Under the pieces are notes generated by a model. It did not search any database and was not told where the DNA came from. It saw only the letters and a list, made by a program, of their open reading frames with translations. Positions 1-12,829 of a stretch of DNA of 64,000 bases are shown piece by piece. Position numbers and translations under genes: made by a program. The stretch is from the human T2T-CHM13v2.0 reference genome, Homo sapiens. The number at the start of each line of letters is the position of its first letter. The first letter of the stretch is position 1. Location: assembly GCF_009914755.1 (NCBI RefSeq), contig NC_060941.1; one strand, 5' to 3'.

Positions 1-21
1 CCAATGGTCTCTCCTGCCTCT

Positions 22-216
22 AATCACACACCAGCCATGCACATCCAACCATACATACACCCATGCATACACAACCACACATGCATGCATGTATATAGAA
101 CCAGATGTACATGCAACAAAACATGCATGCACACACAACTGCATGCATGTGTGTACATACAATAACACATGCACACACACCTCTGACACATGAATGTACA
201 CACAACCACACATGCA
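22..216. repeat. CA/CATG-rich low-complexity block; detached copy of 1214-1405
   Basis: Colinear with 1214-1405, including the marker GTATATAGAACCAGA (91 vs 1283). Confidence 0.85.
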
Positions 217-499
217 CATGGAGGTGGAGGGTCGGGAGGACTCTGCTACCCCAGAGCTGGACTTTCAGGCCCCACTCTGCCCAGACATGCCCAGTCCCTG
301 GTGCCAGCTGAGGGGAGGGCCCTGAGGATAAGAGAGGCTGGCAGACATGAAGTCCTCACATCCTACAGCTGCTCTGCCTTGTGCAAGAGTCCACAGCCCA
401 GCCCACACCTTTCCTGCCTGGTTTCTCTCCATCTATGAGACCTGCTATCCAGAGCCTGGAGGGCTGGTCTGCATGGGGTGAAGGTGATGTGTTGGCTAA

Positions 500-730
500 G
501 TTTTGATGACACATGGGGCAGATAATATCTGTGGTGCAATGCACATCCTAGAGCTCCCCATGGGGCCAGGCTGAGGCTACACTTCCCTCAAACCATCTTT
601 GCCTAACTTCCCTCCTGCCCTAGCCCACTTCCCTCTTTCCCTTACAAATTTCTCCTGATGTCATTCCCTTCATAAACCACGTGCCCAGGAATCCCTCTGT
701 CAGACTCTGCTTCCAGGAAACCTGTCCTGG
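500..730 (+). mobile_element. ERVL LTR16-like LTR fragment
   Basis: 3' part 'ataaaccacgtgcccaggaatccctctgtcagactctgcttccaggaaacct' resembles the LTR16 3' terminus (recalled consensus). Confidence 0.5.
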
Positions 731-879
731 GATGGTGTCCCATAGGCCCTGGAGCTCACACCATAGGGCCACCAGTGGTTAGAGTACAACTAGGCCTCTA
801 AGACCTGCTCTCAACTCTCTGGGGGAGCTTCAAGTCTTGGGGTTCTCTGGCATGACCCTCATCTTCCCACCCCCACAAT

Positions 880-2106
880 TACATGCATGCACACCCATAC
901 CCATGATACACTCATGCATACACAACCACACATGTGCACACACACAACCACATGCATACATGCACACACAACCATATATCATTTATGCACATATAACGAC
1001 ACATACACCCATGCATACACTACTGCACATACATGCATGTATATAGAACCAGACATGCATGCATGTACACACAACCAAGAACATGCATACACACACAACT
1101 GCACACACATGCACACACACCTATCTTACTCATGCATATGCAACCACACATGTGTGCACACACAAGCACATGCTTACATGTAAACACAACCATACATATG
1201 TGCATTCACACACAATCACACACCAGCCATGCACGTCCAACCACACATACACCCATGCATACACAACCACACATACATGCATGTATATAGAACCAGATGT
1301 ACGTACAACAAAACATGCATGCAAACACAACCATATGCATGTGTGTACATATAACACATGCACACACACCTCCAACACATGAATGTACACACAACCACAC
1401 GTGCATACATATACAAACACATGTATGCACACACAACCACACACATGCATGCACACACACCCCTGATACACTCATGCATATGCTACCACATGTGTGCACA
1501 CACAACCACATGCATACATGTAAACACAATCATAGACATGTGCATGCACACACAACCACACAGCCATGCACATACAACCACACCTACAACCATGCATACA
1601 CAACCACACATACATGCATGTATATAGAACCAGATGTACATATAACCAAACACATACACACACACACAACCACACACATGTACATAAAGTAACACATATG
1701 CACACACCTCCAACACATGCATGTACACACAACCACACACACATGCATATGCAATCAAACACATGCATGCACACACAGCCACATACATGCATATACAATC
1801 AAACACATGCATGCACACACAGCCCACACACATGCATATACAAACACATGCATGCACACACAGCCACACACATGCATATACAATCCAACACATGCATGCA
1901 CACACAGCCACACACATGCATATACAAACACATGCATGCACACACAGCCACACACATGCATATACAATCCAACACATGCATGCACACACAGCCCACAGAC
2001 ATGCATATACAATCAAACACATGCATGCACACACAACCACACACATGCATGCACACACACCACATGTATACACAACCACACATTTGTGCATGCACACAGC
2101 ACACAC
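880..2106. repeat. CA/CATG-rich compound array with higher-order repeats; ~40-44 bp minisatellite at ~1740-2060
   Basis: Near-pure purine/pyrimidine alternation; marker GTATATAGAACC at 1039, 1283, 1620; unit 'acacatgcatgcacacacagccacacacatgcatatacaa' repeated. Confidence 0.95.
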
Positions 2107-2435
2107 TGGGCTTGGGGGGTCTTTGGCATGACATCTCCCCTCCCTGAGGCTCCTGTGGCTCTCTGGAATTTGAGAGGTGAGAGGAGTTGATTACCAACCA
2201 CTGGCCTTCCCTCAAGGCCAAGGTCATGCTGAAGGCTCAGCATTTCCACTCTCCCCTTCATTTTTCCTTTCCGGGGAGAAGGATGGTCTCCCAGGAAGTC
2301 TCTAAGGTTGGAAATTGATTTCTTGATTTCCACATGCAGTTTGCTTCCAATTCAGGGCATAGAAAAATGCAATCCTTCTTTCATTGATCCTTGTCAAACA
2401 GTGCGGTGGCTGGAATCAAAGGGGCAGGGGTTGCA

Positions 2436-2627
2436 GGGGATTCCCCAGTGTCCTCCTGTGCTCAGAGAGAAATCCGGCTTCAGAGGAGCCCATCTCCTTA
2501 TTAGTTTTAAAGATGTATAACCTGTTTTGTTTCTTGGTTAGTTTTTCCTCCTTTTGCGGCAAACAGTACAGACACAGGAGGGCTTAAAACTGCTGTCTTT
2601 GTGTGGAAATTCCCCTTGCCGGAAGTG
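2436..2627. promoter_or_regulatory. Candidate NF-kB/ETS enhancer motif cluster
   Basis: GGGGATTCCCC (2436-2446), GGAAATTCCCC (2605-2615) and CCGGAAGTG (2619-2627). Confidence 0.35.
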
Positions 2628-3270
2628 TCTAGGTCCGCTTTTTGTGAATAACTCATTGACTAAACATTATGCCCCTGCCTGGAACCTGAGAGATAGACCC
2701 CACTAAACAGCCTCAGTTCCCCTACTTGCCAGCATCACCCAAATTATGAGAAGTTATCTTCGCCCCACACTCCATCTGCAGATTGCCTGTAGAGATCTAA
2801 ACCCCAGACCCTGTTTTCCATGAACAGGATAGCAGGAGTAAGTTGTGCTTCTTCACTGGCATGGGTTGGGTGGCCTCTTACTGGCATGGGGAACTGGGGA
2901 GTGATGGGGTAAGGACAGCCAGTAGGAGACTCACATCTTTGGCTTGTGAGGCCCCTAGCGGTGTCCTTGGCCATGGTCACTCTCCCAAGTGTGCCTCAGT
3001 GCCTGCCTGGCTCTTTCCTCGTGAACCTTGTCCCTGTTTGTCCCAGCAGGTGCTCTGAGCCTTGTTGTCGCAGCCAGCTTGTTCTTGGCATCACTCCAAT
3101 CTTGCCATGCTCCCTTTGCGTAACCACCATTGTTCCTACTGTCCTCTTTTTTAGGAAAAAGAAAAGCTACTCCAGCTTCTGGGAAGAAGAGATGCAACCC
3201 CACACGTTTTAATTTTTTTTCCTCTCCTTTCATTTCTGTCCCCATTCGTGGGTGCTCTCCAGTTCTCAGG

Positions 3271-3670
3271 TGTTATGGGATGAATTATGTCCTCTCAAAA
3301 TTCATACCGAATAGAGGTTGAAGTCCTTGCCCCCAAAGACCTGAGAATGTGATTCTATTTTAGGGATAAGGTCTTTAAAGGGGTGATTAGGTTAAAATGA
3401 GGGTATTGGGGGGCCCTAATTGAATCTGACTTATATTCTTATAAGAAAAGGACATTTGGACACATGATGAGACACCAGGGACCTGCGTGCACCGATGAAA
3501 GACAGTGTGGGAAGGCAGCTACTTGCAAGCCAACAAGAGAGGCCTCCGAAGAAACTGACCCTATTGATATCCCCATCTTGGACGTCCAGGCTCTAGAATG
3601 ATGGAAAAATAACTGTCTGTTGTTTCAGCCCTCCAGGCTGTGATCTTTTGTTATGGCAGCCCTGGAAACT
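3271..3670 (+). mobile_element. MaLR LTR, MLT1B/C-like
   Basis: Starts 'tgttatgggatgaattatgtcc..aaaattcata', ends 'ttttgttatggcagccctggaaact', typical MLT1 termini. Confidence 0.8.
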
Positions 3671-3744
3671 GGGTGAAAAAGCCATTTTTACCAAACCACA
3701 TGTTAGCCAGTAGGGATGAGTGGACGGTAGGGCACTGCTTGGGA

Positions 3745-3880
3745 CAGTGTCAGATCCCAGCTGTACTGCTCATCACTGTGTGGCCTTGGGCAAGTTCCTC
3801 ACCCTCTCCATGCCTCAGTTTACTCATCTCTAAAATAGAACGATGACAATACTTACCTCACAGGGTGCTTATGAGGATGC
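3745..3880 (+). mobile_element. MIR
   Basis: MIR core 'tgtggccttgggcaagttcctcaccctctccatgcctcagtttactcatct'. Confidence 0.8.
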
Positions 3881-4299
3881 AGATTCTCAGAAAGTATCTA
3901 GAACAATCCCCAGCACCAAGGCAGCCCCCTCCCCCAAGTATGAGCTGATACCAGCGGATTCTGAAAGCTCAAGCTAGAAGGCTGTGCAGGCGTGCCTTTC
4001 CCCTCCTGGACCACTCTCCTCTCAGGCTGAGCCTCTGTGAAGGTCAGTGACCACCTCCTCTCACATCTGAGAAACAGAGAATTGAGAGCCTGCCAGTGCT
4101 GGTGGAATCTGGGCTGGGTTTGTACACTGACCCCTGCACCTGTTCCACCCATGCCAGGGAAGCCCTCGGCAGACCTCTGTGCTGCTGCAAGATGGGCACA
4201 CTATCTGTCTCCCACTTTGAACGGTGAGCCTTGCTGTCCCCAAGAGGAAGGGCAAATGCACTTGGCAGGGACCTCCACTTACAGAAGGAAGAGATCCAG

Positions 4300-4460
4300 G
4301 TTTGGAATCACAGACCTGGCCTTCAGTCTCCTTCCATCATTTACCAATCATGGTACCTTCACCTTGTCATTCAGTCTCTCCGAACTGCAGTATTTTCATC
4401 TATAAGTGAACAATGATACTATGTACCTCATAACATTATAGTAAGGATGTAATAATATTT
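4300..4460 (+). mobile_element. MIR (diverged)
   Basis: 'ttggaatcacagacctgg...cagtattttcatctataa...tacctcat'. Confidence 0.6.
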
Positions 4461-4855
4461 TAAGTACCTAATAATAGTAAATTTTATAAGAGCTACTTAT
4501 TAAACGCTATTTATTAAAGAAGGTAAGATGTATACCAGAAAGGACAGTGTGTTATTTAGAGATACAGCATCCCTTGAAGGTGTTGCAGGTTTGGTTCCAG
4601 ATCACTGCAATAAGGCAAATATTGCAATAAAAAAGTCGCACAAATATATCGGTTTCCCAGTGCATATATTATAAAAGTTACATTTACACTATAATGCAGT
4701 CTATTAAATGTGCAATAACATTATGTCTCAAAAATGTACATATCTTAATTTAAAAATATGTGATTTATAAAAAATGCTAATGACCATTTGAACCTCAGCA
4801 AATAATTGTTTTGCTGGTGGAGGGTCTTGCCTTGATGTTAATGGTGGCTGACTGA

Positions 4856-5215
<360 letters not shown>

Positions 5216-6452
5216 TAAAATAAGACAGCAATGAGGTTTGCTGTTGGACTTTTCCTTTCATGAAAGATTTCTCTGTAGTATGTGTACCGTTTGATGGCAT
5301 TTTACCCATAGTGGAAATTTTTTTCAAAGTTGGAGTCTAATTCCAAATCATCTCAAATTCTGCTGCTGCTTTATCAACTAAGTTTATGCAATACTGTAAA
5401 TTCTTTGTTGTCATTTCAACAATGCTTGCAGCATCTTCACCAGGTGTAGATTCCACCTCAAGAAGCCACTTTCTTTGCTCATCCATAAGAAGCAGTTCCT
5501 CATCTGTTTGGATCTGACCATGAGACTGCAGCAATTCAGTCACATCTTCAGGCTCCACTTCTAATCCTAGTTCTCTTGCTATTTCCACCCAACTGTAGTG
5601 ACTTCCTTCACCGAAGTCTTGACCTCCTCAAAGTTATCCACAAGGGCTGGAAACTTCTTCCAAATTCCTGTTAATGTTGATAGTCTTACCTCCTCCCAGA
5701 AATCATGAATGTTCTTAATGGCATCTATTAATAGAATGATAAAAAAAAATCCTTTCCAGAAGGTTTTCAATGAACTCTGCCCATATCCATCAGAAGATCT
5801 ACCATGATCAATGGCACCTACAGCCTTACAAAATATATTTCTTCAATAATAAGACTTAAACATCAAAATTACTCCTTGGTCCATGGGCTGTAGAATGGAT
5901 GTTGTGTTAGCAGTCATGAAACAACATGAATCTCCTTTTACATCTCCATCAGCACTCTTGGGTAACCAGGTGCATTACCAATGAGCACTACTATTTTGAA
6001 AAGAATATTTTTTTCTGAGCAATAGGTCTCAACAGTGGGCTTAAAATATTCAGTAATCTATACTATAAACAGATGTGCTGTCATCTAGGCTTTCTTATTT
6101 TGTTTATGAAACACAGGAAGAGTGGATTTAGCATAATTCTTAGAGACCCTAGAATTTTCAGAATGACACAGAGCGTTGGCTTCAACTTGAAGTCACCAGC
6201 TGCATTTGCCTCTAACAAGAGGGTCAGCCATCCTTTGATGCTTTGAAGCCAGGCACTGACTTCTCCTCTCTAGCTATGAAAGGCCTAGATGGCATCTTCT
6301 TCCAACAGAAGGCTGTTTTGTCTACCTTGAAAGTCTGTTGTTTAGCGCAGCCACCTTCATCAATTGTGCAGCTAGATCTTCCAGATAATTTGCTGCTGCT
6401 TCTCAATCAGCACTTGCTGCTTCACCTTGCACTTTTAGGTTATGGAGATGGC

Positions 6453-6753
6453 TTTTTTTTTTTTTTTGATGGAGTCTTGCTCTGTCACCCACTTTGGAAT
6501 GCAGTGGTGTGATCTTGGCTCACTGCAACCTCCGCCTCCTGAGTTCAAGCGATTCTCCTGCCTCAGCCTCCTGAGTAGCTGGGATTACAGGCATGCACAC
6601 CATGCCTGGCTACTTTATTTTTATTTTTGTATTTTTAGTAGAGATGGGGTTTCGCCATGTTGGTCAGGCTGGTCTTGAACTCCTGACCTCGTGATCCGCC
6701 CGCCTTGTCCTATCAAAGTGCTGTGATTACAGGCGTGAGCCACTGTGCTCAGC
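6453..6753 (-). mobile_element. AluS (Sg/Sc-like)
   Basis: Full dimer with poly-T; 'gacctcgtgatccgccc'. Confidence 0.9.
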
Positions 6754-7247
6754 TGGCTTTTTTTCTTCCTTAAACCTCATGAACCAACCTCTGCTAGCTT
6801 CCAACTTTTCTTCTACCGCTTCCTTCCTCTCTCAGCCTCCATAAAATTGAGGAAAGTCAAGGTCTTGCTCTGGATTACGCTTTGGCTTAAGGGAATATTG
6901 TGGCTGGTTTGATCTTCCATCCAGACCATGAAAACTTTCTTCATATCAGCAATACGGCTGTTTCACTTTCTTATCATTCTTGTGTTCACTGGAGTAGCAC
7001 TTTCAATTTTCTTCAAGAACTTTTCCTTTGCATTTGCAGGTTGGCTAACTATTTGCACAAGATGCCTAGCTTTTGGCTGATCTCAGCTTTCCACCTGCCT
7101 TTCTCGCTAAGCTTAATCATTTCTAGCTGTTGATTTAAAGGAGGGGACGTACGAATTTTCCTTTCACTCGAACACTCGGAGGCCATTGTAGGGTTATTAA
7201 TTGGTCTCATTTCAATATTGCTGTGTCTCAGAAAATAGGGAGGCCCA

Positions 7248-7249
<2 letters not shown>

Positions 7250-7283
<34 letters not shown>
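7250..7283. repeat. (GA)n microsatellite inside Tigger1
   Basis: About 16 GA units. Confidence 0.9.
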
Positions 7284-7290
<7 letters not shown>

Positions 7291-7420
7291 AGGGCGGGTT
7301 TGTGGAGCAGTCGGAATGCACGCAGCATTTATAGATTAAGTTCTTTGTCTTATCTTGGTGACAACACATCTGTTTGTGATGTCCCAAAACAATTACAACA
7401 GTAACATCGAAGATCACTGA

Positions 7421-7763
<343 letters not shown>

Positions 7764-8911
7764 TGATATAATAATAATGAAAAAGCTTGAAACATTGTTA
7801 GACTACCAAAATGTGACAAGAGACACAAAGTGAGCACATGCTATCGAAAAGTGGTGCCGAGAGACATGCCTGACGCAGAGTTGCCACAAACCTTCAATTT
7901 GTAAAAAACGCAGTTATCTACAAAGCTCTATCAAGCAAAGAATAACGAAATGAGGTGTACCTGTACCCCCTTCTCCAGATGGAGACCTTTTTAAAGAATA
8001 ACTCTCAGCTATTGATGGTCCTGAATATTCCTGCCTGTTGGGAGTCCCAAGGAATCACAGCTGAGTTCCACTCTGGTTAATGGCCTCAGGGTGGTTTTCT
8101 GTAAATGATCGTTTGGTACAGTGCCAGGGCTAATGGACTCAGGGGCTGGGGGGGGTCGCTAACAGTTAGGGGCACAGAGGCACCTGGGTCCTTCCAGTGT
8201 AGGCCTGTAGTGTTCCCAACCCATCTGACCAGCAGGCTCTGTGGGCTCACTGCACCTTGTACTCCTGGTCAACTGAGTACTGTGCCTGCCGAAGGCCTGG
8301 CCAGGGGAGGGGCTGTGCAGGCCGGGCTGAGCAGTGAGGCTGGCTGGACTTATCCCTGCTGGCCACACCATGGCTAATGGTATCAGGGCCTCTGGAAGCA
8401 CTGGGGATGACGATGCAGGCTTGGGAGAGGCAGATCTCTCTCTCTCCAGGTGAGGTGCTGCCTGGACTGGACTGCAATTTGAGATTCCCGCATGTGCTCT
8501 ACCCTGTCATGAGAACCAGGAAGGGCAATTACCAAGTTGACTGAAGTTTTATTAACCTGCCACCCACCAAGGGGAGTAAATCAAAGAAGTCCACGTTATT
8601 GAATCATCAGCTTTAGGAACATAGACGTCGTCTCTGCCCCGAGTGCCCCTGGCTGCATGGCACAGCATAAAACACGGCACCTCTCTCCCGTGACGGGCGC
8701 AAAATCAGGATGCTTAAATAATTCAAGTCTAGCTCTTTTGGACTTTCAAAGGTGCTGTGTGCCCGACTGGCTTGTTGTTGTAGTTTAGTTTTTTTTAACA
8801 GCAGATTTGTTTTCCTATGACTGATATTAAATGAGGTTCTCTTTCTGAGTTCACACCTACAAACGGACAAGGAATTGTACCAGAATGTGTTCAGTAGAGA
8901 GGGCAGAAGAG

Positions 8912-9180
8912 CCTCCTCTTTTCTTCCTTCTCTATCTTTCTTTCTTCCTTTCTCCCTCCCTTCCCCCTTCCCTCTCTCCTTTCCCTCCTTCCTCCTCCCT
9001 TCTTCTTTCCTTCTTTGCTCTCTCATTTTCTTTCTTCCTTCCTCTCTCCTTCTTTCTCCCTCCTTCTCTTCTTCCTTCCTTCCATCCTTCCTCTCTCTCT
9101 CCCTTCCTTCCTCTCTCCCTTCTTTCCTCCCTTCCTTCCTTCTTCCTTCCTTCCTTCCCTCCTTCCTACTTTTTCTTCCT
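8912..9180. repeat. Polypyrimidine (TTCC/CT-rich) tract
   Basis: About 270 bp almost exclusively C/T on the + strand. Confidence 0.9.
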
Positions 9181-9308
9181 GATTCTATGTACCTATGTAT
9201 ATTTATTCATCTATCCATCTACCTATTTATTTATCCAATCGTTTTTGAATTTTTATACTGGGTACTAGGGAGTCAATGCAACAAGGAAGGATGGCATTCT
9301 TCCTGCTG

Positions 9309-9835
9309 TGTAGCAGATTGCATTTACCAAAGATGACTGCAAAAATATTTCCCATCCCACATACGCTTTGCAATGTGGTCTTGCCACTCTCGCATCAAGG
9401 GAGGTGTCTGTGGCCTTCTCTTGGAAACTGAGCCTGCCTTAGTGACTCGTTTATGACTAGTAGAAGGCAGCTGAAGTCATGTGATGCTGTGTGACTTCCT
9501 CAGATTAGAAGAAGCCGTGAAGCCCACTTTGTGGGCTGTAAGAAGTTTGAGTACCTGAGACTGCCATGCTGGGGAGGTCACATGTACGTGCTCTGGTCAC
9601 CTGGGCTCCTGGCTGACAGCAATGACTTCCAGGCCAGTAAGTGCGCCATCTTGGAAGTCGTGCCTTCAGATGACCACTGTCTGGCTGACATCTGACTGCA
9701 ACTGTGTAGGAGATCCAAGTGCCTAGGTGAGCCTTTCGCAAATCTCTGCCGCACAAAATCATGAGCAAAATACAATGGTTGTTTTAAACCATTGAGCATG
9801 GGGGTCATTTGCTACACAGCAATAGGTGACTGGAC
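9309..9835 (+). mobile_element. MaLR LTR, MLT1G/H-like
   Basis: Starts 'tgtagcagattgcatttaccaaagatgactgc', ends 'tttgctacacagcaataggtgactgga'. Confidence 0.7.
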
Positions 9836-9839
9836 TGTG

Positions 9840-10225
9840 CTCTCAAAGAACGTATGGTCCACGTGGGAAGATAGATATTAAACTCTCCCACATAAAATTG
9901 TACTAGAAATCATAGCAACATTGAAGAGCTCTGTAGAACTAGGAGAGTGCATTGGTCCAGAGAGGTTGGGGAGCGTTCCCTGAGGAAAGGGGTGATGATT
10001 GAGATCTGAAGGAAAAACAGGAATTTCACAGGAGGTGAGAGGAAGAGTATTCTGGCACGAGCAAAGGTCCTGGGGCAGGAAGGAGATGCTGAAAGAAGGC
10101 CAGAGAAGTTGCAGAGTGGGGAACAAGGAGAGGCCAGAGAGAGACATGGGGCCCAGACCCTGCAGGGTCACGCTTGCATGCCATGCTGAGGATCTGGGCA
10201 TTTGTAAGAAGAGCAATGGAAGCAG
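9840..10225 (-). mobile_element. L2 fragment
   Basis: 'gcaaaggtcctggggcagga...gccatgctgaggatctggg..gagcaatggaagc' is typical of antisense L2. Confidence 0.6.
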
Positions 10226-10964
10226 TAGTTGTGGGTGTCAGGGGCTCTGGTTAATGAGCCTGGGAGCACCCGCCTGGAAATGGCACTCGAAGGGGAAACG
10301 GTGTAGGTGAAAACCAATACCCAATAGGACCAAGGTTCTGGCGGGGGCAGCTTTCCTGCTGAGGGTCCCAGCGCCTTGCTTTCCTAGGAAAGGCTACAAC
10401 TTCAAATTGAATTGCACGACCTTGGGTGGGTCATTTCACCTCTCCGGGAACTGGACTTGTATGGATGATTTATAGGTCCTTTCAAATCCCATGAATCAAA
10501 GAATCAATCCTCAATGACTTTCCCATCACGAACAAAGCACTCGCTAAAACTTACATAAATAGATTAAATGGGCCAATGACATGAGATTAGATTTAATATG
10601 AATCGTTATCATAATGTGCTGTCTACAGAGCTGTGTCTTTTCCCCCTAATGCCAGCCTTATTTTAATGGCAACACTGGGTTAGGAAAGGCAGCCACTGAG
10701 CAAATGTCCCCTGGCTCCCTGGGGAAAGTCTGCCTGTGTCAAACTGTAGCGGAGAAATAAATGTTACACACGTGACCATGGCCTGGACATGGAGCTAAGT
10801 CCCTGCCTGGCACGCACTCATCCCCAGATGCAGACAGTGCCTCGTCAGCAAAGCTGACTCACCAGGAAAGGGATGCACTCCAGACACCAGTCTCCAGCAT
10901 TCCCTTAAGACATGAACTCCGCACGATTGAAAATGCAGAAACCAATGATGCTCACAGGTTTGGG

Positions 10965-11165
10965 GTCATTTACTCTCCCTGGGACCTTGGACCAGTTATT
11001 TTACCTCTCCAAGCAGAACTTTCCTTTAAACTGAAGATTAAAATAGTCACTTACCTACCTTCAAGGTGTGATGCAGAGATGAAACGAGGTAATTCCTGTA
11101 AGTTGGGCATATCATATTCACCTGGCACCTAGTATGCGCTGAATAAATGTTGACTATTATTATTC
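10965..11165 (+). mobile_element. MIR
   Basis: Ends 'cctggcacctagtatgcgctgaataaatgttgactattattatt'. Confidence 0.7.
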
Positions 11166-12284
11166 CAGTCAATTCTTCAGTGCTGTTCTTGAATAATTGA
11201 AACTACACACAGTTAAGATGACAAATGTCAAACCCAGAAATACCAAGGGCCTGCTCTATGAATTTATGCTCAAATTGACTGTTTAGAAAACAGAGAGTAG
11301 GTTCGGCTCGTCTCGGTAATCCCTTTTGCTGTTCGTATACCTTCCCTAGTTAAAAATAAAAACCAAAACAAAATCGCAAGTAATGTGAAGGAGGGGTGCT
11401 CCAGCCCAGTGGATCCAAATGGTATTTGAAGTCACTCGGAATAACCGGCAGGGCCCCGTTCCTGTTCTGGGATGCATGCTTTGGGCTTGCTATTGAGTGG
11501 GCACACAGGCGTGCACACACACACACACACACTCATTGCTGAAAATGTGCCCAGAAAATTAATTCTCGTTTCCTTGATACAGTCCTGTTCTGCTTTCCAA
11601 GACGAAAAACACATCACCTCCCACAGCAGCCGCCTCACTCCCATCTGATGAGGGCAAGAGGCAAGGCAGGGAGGAAGCAGAAAGGAGGGACGGAGATGGC
11701 AAAGAGTTCTCAGTTCTCCACCTGCGCTCCCGAGCCCCTCTCCGGCCAGGGCTGGGGACTGTGTGCCTTCAACGCAGGCAAAATAAAATGGTTGCATCTT
11801 GGATCCATCTAGACAGTAAATTTTTTGAGTCCTTATAAGCTAAAATCAATATTGGCACAACTGTGTGTCATTAAAAACTAAATGAACATGACAAAGCCCA
11901 ACTGCTGCCTATTAAACAAATGAGTTTTCTCTCCGCACAGGCACAGCGGGTTATTAAATTCTTTATTACAGGAACATCATCATTTGAAGGGGGTAAAAAT
12001 ACGTCTTTATGAGTCATCTCTGTGTGTGTAGCAGCGTGGCCTTCCTGTGCTCGTCCTCAAAGGCGCTCAGGAGCCGCCAACCTTCTCCTCCCCCAGGAAG
12101 ATGAGGTTTCTCCGAGCTCTCTATCAGCAGAGGTGGAGAGAAAGGGTTCCATGACACCTGGTGTTCACTCACATGTTACGGATCCATCCAATCATTACTT
12201 TGTTAATTCATCAATATGTATTTATTGAACGTCTACTATGAGTCAGGCATTCTGCTGGGTCCTGGGATCATCCATTTAAGCCAA

Positions 12285-12685
12285 GATACTTGGAACTGCA
12301 TTTCAGAAGAGCCAGTTGCCCGTAGCCTAAATGACAAGGATATTTATTTTCTCCCCTAACAAGCCTGGAGTCAAGGTGGTTCCAGAGCTGATGTAATGAT
12401 CCAGTGATTTTATCATAGACTCAGATTCTTTCATCTTTATAAAGCTCTGCCGTTCTCAGTGTGACACTGGTTTCCTCATGGTTGCAAAAGGGTTGCCATT
12501 GCTCCAAACATCTTGACTGCACACAGCCATATCCAATGGCCATTCCGTCCCCACATTTCATTGTATCTGGTAGTAAAATCTATTACAGAAGCCCTGAAAA
12601 GTTTCTCCTCACATGCCAGTGGCCCAAGGTGGTGCATATGCTCTGTGTCTCCTTCATCGTAAGGGAAGCTGGAAATGTGTTGTTC
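12285..12685 (-). mobile_element. Old MaLR LTR (MLT1J/K-like)
   Basis: 'cctcatggttgcaaaagggttgcc', 'aagggaagctggaaatgtg' resemble antisense MLT1J/K. Confidence 0.5.
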
Positions 12686-12829
12686 ATAGGCTCCTTCTAC
12701 CTCTCGACAAAGCTTTCTTTTTCTATTTTCTGGGCATTTGTGATTCTCTTGGATCCTCACCTCCAGTGCCCCCAAACCTGCTTGCTGTCTCTTGGCATTC
12801 CCCCAGTTCCTGGCAGTGCTGGTGTTCAG

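Noticed and set aside
20-2333. Numerous His/Thr/Cys/Val/Met-rich ORFs
   Set aside because: Translations of CA/TG low-complexity repeats, open in most frames.
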